From positions 62,001 through 126,000 of the IMG/VR virus record IMGVR_UViG_3300047320_000285: a stretch of DNA of 64,000 nucleotides. One strand, 5' to 3'. Both the position numbers and the translations under genes were made by a program. The notes beneath the pieces are model-generated. The model was not told the origin of the DNA and searched no databases. It saw nothing but the letters and a program-made list of their open reading frames with translations. Below, piece after piece: positions 61,921 through 64,000 of the stretch. Each line of letters begins with the position of its first letter. Position 1 is the first letter of the stretch.

Positions 61921-63057
61921 TCAGTCGCGCGGGCCACCGGCCCCACGCATGTGTTTCAGTTTTGCTGCATCCATTTTAAAGCGTCGATCGAGTTCGACGA
62001 TGCGATCCAGCACCGTTTCCCGATCCTTGTATTCGTCCATGGTGCGCTTGACCACCGCCTTCCAGAAGTCAATCACTGTGTCGGTCAGCTGGAAGACACC
62101 GCTGCGCAGCTGGTCAAGCATCGCCAAAGCCTTCAGGATAGGCTGCAATTCCTTCCAGAACGCCGCATAGCCGTCCAGCATGGTCTTGGCCTTAGTACGG
62201 AGTGCCTCATCGGTGCTCGCCCGTTCTGTAGCCTGTGTATGGCGCTGCGCCAGCTCCAGATCTTTCTCGATCAGTTCGATTTCTTTCTCCCACCGCATGA
62301 ATGTTTCCACGGTAGCCGAGCCGGAGAGCGTCTGAGCCATCGCCGCCAATACTGCGGCCAGCTTGTCTGGGTTCGCAGGCAGCCGATCAGTGCCTTTGTT
62401 CTTGTAGGCCACCGCAATCAGGTCGTGGATGGTCTGTAGTTTCTCAGGCAGACTTTCGAATTGAGCATGCACGGAGTCGATCTGCTTTTGCACGTTCTGG
62501 GTATCATCGTCTTGCAACGGGTGGCTGGGTCCGAGCTTGGCGAGTGCCACCAACATCGCACTGGCCTTGACCACTTCGCTCTGGTTGCCGGTGTCGAGCA
62601 TCTTCTCGACTGCTGCCACCGTCCCCAAGTAGGCCTTGGGGTCATCCAGCAAGGCGTGAGCGGTCGCAGACAGCTTGGCCGAATACTGCTTATCCAGACC
62701 ATCGGCTTTTGCCACTGACTCCATGCGCGAGTCCGGATCAGCATCTTTGAAGCCGCGGATGGTTTCTTCCATCACCTCGTACTGATGGACGATCTCTTTG
62801 TTGATCTTGCGACCCCGATCGCCCTTGACCTTGTTGAACAGCCACTTGGCGACACCTTTGATGGTAGCCAGCACCGCAGCGATCAGTTTAGCGATCTTGG
62901 CCCAGATGGCGCGAGCCACGCCTTCCACCTTCTCGCCCAACGATTCCGTTGACAGCGCGAGCATGTCTTCCTGCGCACTCAGTGGCACCGCAATAAACAT
63001 CCCTTCAACAATCTCGACCTGCTCGCCTTCCAACGCGAGCTTGAGCAAACGTCCCAT
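61921..63057 (-). CDS. phiKZ-like internal head protein paralog
   Basis: MGRLLKLALEGEQVEIVEGMFIAVP...LSTESLGE. Confidence 0.75.
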   Translation of the reverse strand: MGRLLKLALEGEQVEIVEGMFIAVPLSAQEDMLALSTESLGEKVEGVARAIWAKIAKLIAAVLATIKGVAKWLFNKVKGDRGRKINKEIVHQYEVMEETIRGFKDADPDSRMESVAKADGLDKQYSAKLSATAHALLDDPKAYLGTVAAVEKMLDTGNQSEVVKASAMLVALAKLGPSHPLQDDDTQNVQKQIDSVHAQFESLPEKLQTIHDLIAVAYKNKGTDRLPANPDKLAAVLAAMAQTLSGSATVETFMRWEKEIELIEKDLELAQRHTQATERASTDEALRTKAKTMLDGYAAFWKELQPILKALAMLDQLRSGVFQLTDTVIDFWKAVVKRTMDEYKDRETVLDRIVELDRRFKMDAAKLKHMRGAGGPRD

Positions 63058-63070
63058 TATGCGTTATCCT

Positions 63071-63802
63071 TTACCAACGTTGATGTGGGGGGAGCGAGAG
63101 CAGATCGGCGTGGGCCATCTTGGCACTCAGGTAATCTTCCCGGGTGATCGGTTTCACCGTGAATTCTTTGTCATCCTGCCACGAGGAGACGTGCTGCTGG
63201 TAGGGGCCTTCCACTTTCCAGAAGCCGCGGTCCAGATGGTGGTTCTTGCTGAACTTCACCCCGCCTTCTTTGGTGATCTCGGCAAAGAGTTCCACTTCGG
63301 TGTAAGGCTTACGACCCGAGCGGGCAATCATGCGAATCGAGCGAAAGAACATCTTACCCGCATTGATCGCGGCGTACTCGACGGTTTCCGGGCTGTAGGT
63401 GGTGAGCCACGTCTCGTCCGATTGCTTGGCGTCGTACACCAGCTTGTTATTGGGCTTAAGTGCCGCGTCGAACGGAAACGCGTAGAGTTTCCAGCCGCCC
63501 TTGTAGGCTTCTTCTTCCTTGGTGCCATCACTGGCCAGCACCCGGAAGTCACCATCGGCCTGAGCGTAACCAATAAAGCAGCCCAAAATCGTCGGGGCCA
63601 CGGTAATGCGCGGCACCGTACGGTCTTCACTCGGTGCCTGACGACGACCAATCAGCGGGATCCATTTACGGATCGACGTGTTGGTGGACATATGCAGCAG
63701 GAAATCTTGCTCCAGCTCAACCGGAGTAACGATCTCCACATTGCGCTGGACCTTCTCCGACGCATGTTCCAGCCATTTTTCCAGTTGATCAACGGAGTCC
63801 AT
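63071..63802 (-). CDS. conserved phiKZ-like phage protein (probable virion-associated)
   Basis: LLH.S......W.P.IG.RQ..SEDRTVPRI.VAPT.LGC..GY motif; AGGTG RBS; TATG 37 nt upstream. Confidence 0.7.
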   Translation of the reverse strand: MDSVDQLEKWLEHASEKVQRNVEIVTPVELEQDFLLHMSTNTSIRKWIPLIGRRQAPSEDRTVPRITVAPTILGCFIGYAQADGDFRVLASDGTKEEEAYKGGWKLYAFPFDAALKPNNKLVYDAKQSDETWLTTYSPETVEYAAINAGKMFFRSIRMIARSGRKPYTEVELFAEITKEGGVKFSKNHHLDRGFWKVEGPYQQHVSSWQDDKEFTVKPITREDYLSAKMAHADLLSLPPHQRW

Positions 63803-63855
63803 AATCACCTGCAAGTGAGGAAAATGTGAGAGGATTTACATAAAATCAGGCAACG

Positions 63856-63886
63856 GCATAAAGCCCGGGGATTTCGCCCCGAGCCT
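63856..63886 (-). terminator. hairpin + TATGCC element on the - strand
   Basis: GGCATAAAGC CCGGGG-ATTTCG-CCCCG on the + strand, downstream of a - strand gene. Confidence 0.6.
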
Positions 63887-63901
63887 TACGCGAGCCACGC
63901 T

Positions 63902-64000
63902 TCAGCGGGCTTGGAAGATCATCCGCAGCGACATGTAGTCGCAGTACTTCGCGCCCTTGATCGAACGAGCCATTTCCTTGGTCGCCGGGGACTTGAAACA
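63902..64000 (-). CDS. 3' end of a hypothetical protein (partial at window edge)
   Basis: Open frame CFKSPATKEMARSIKGAKYCDYMSLRMIFQAR-stop. Confidence 0.5.
   Translation of the reverse strand, partial: CFKSPATKEMARSIKGAKYCDYMSLRMIFQAR

Noticed and set aside
57049-63829. Long + strand ORFs (57049..58920, 59648..60820, 62798..63829 and others)
   Set aside because: Antisense shadows of the - strand head-protein genes: no RBS, and composition typical of reverse frames in GC-rich DNA.

Overview
This is a gene-dense segment of a lytic jumbo phage, most likely a phiKZ-like (Chimalliviridae-type) phage of a Burkholderiaceae host. The phage call rests on TATATTAC early-promoter motifs, TATG late-promoter motifs and a tandem array of internal head-protein paralogs with S/A-x-E processing sites. 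The host call rests on a ppiB gene that looks very Burkholderia-like. Most of the window is a + strand accessory region of small hypothetical genes. Recognisable cargo includes a YadA-type trimeric autotransporter, NADAR, a HAD phosphatase, a dCTP deaminase with insertions, two Ser/Thr phosphatases, PpiB, HNH-like endonucleases, AlpA-like proteins, and alpha-CTD-like and sigma-region-4-like domains. Scattered - strand late genes encode a tailspike-like protein, a papain-like protease, a lipase, tail-fibre-like/ILEI proteins and head proteins. The most notable observations are: (i) two large, densely base-paired non-coding RNAs (about 43.48-43.98 kb and 47.47-47.90 kb) and a third 176-nt element closed by a 28-bp stem (28.06-28.23 kb), none of which I can assign to a known class; (ii) a fusion of a major-capsid-like domain to a Tad1-like immune-signal sponge; (iii) a C-terminal peptide tag, EPDF(I/V)CYFH, shared by unrelated proteins and conserved at protein level; and (iv) a window-wide 'hairpin + TATGCC' terminator-like motif with no U-tract. 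All family calls come from motif recognition and all helices from pairing by eye; no database search or folding was run. I saw no tRNA, rRNA or CRISPR array.
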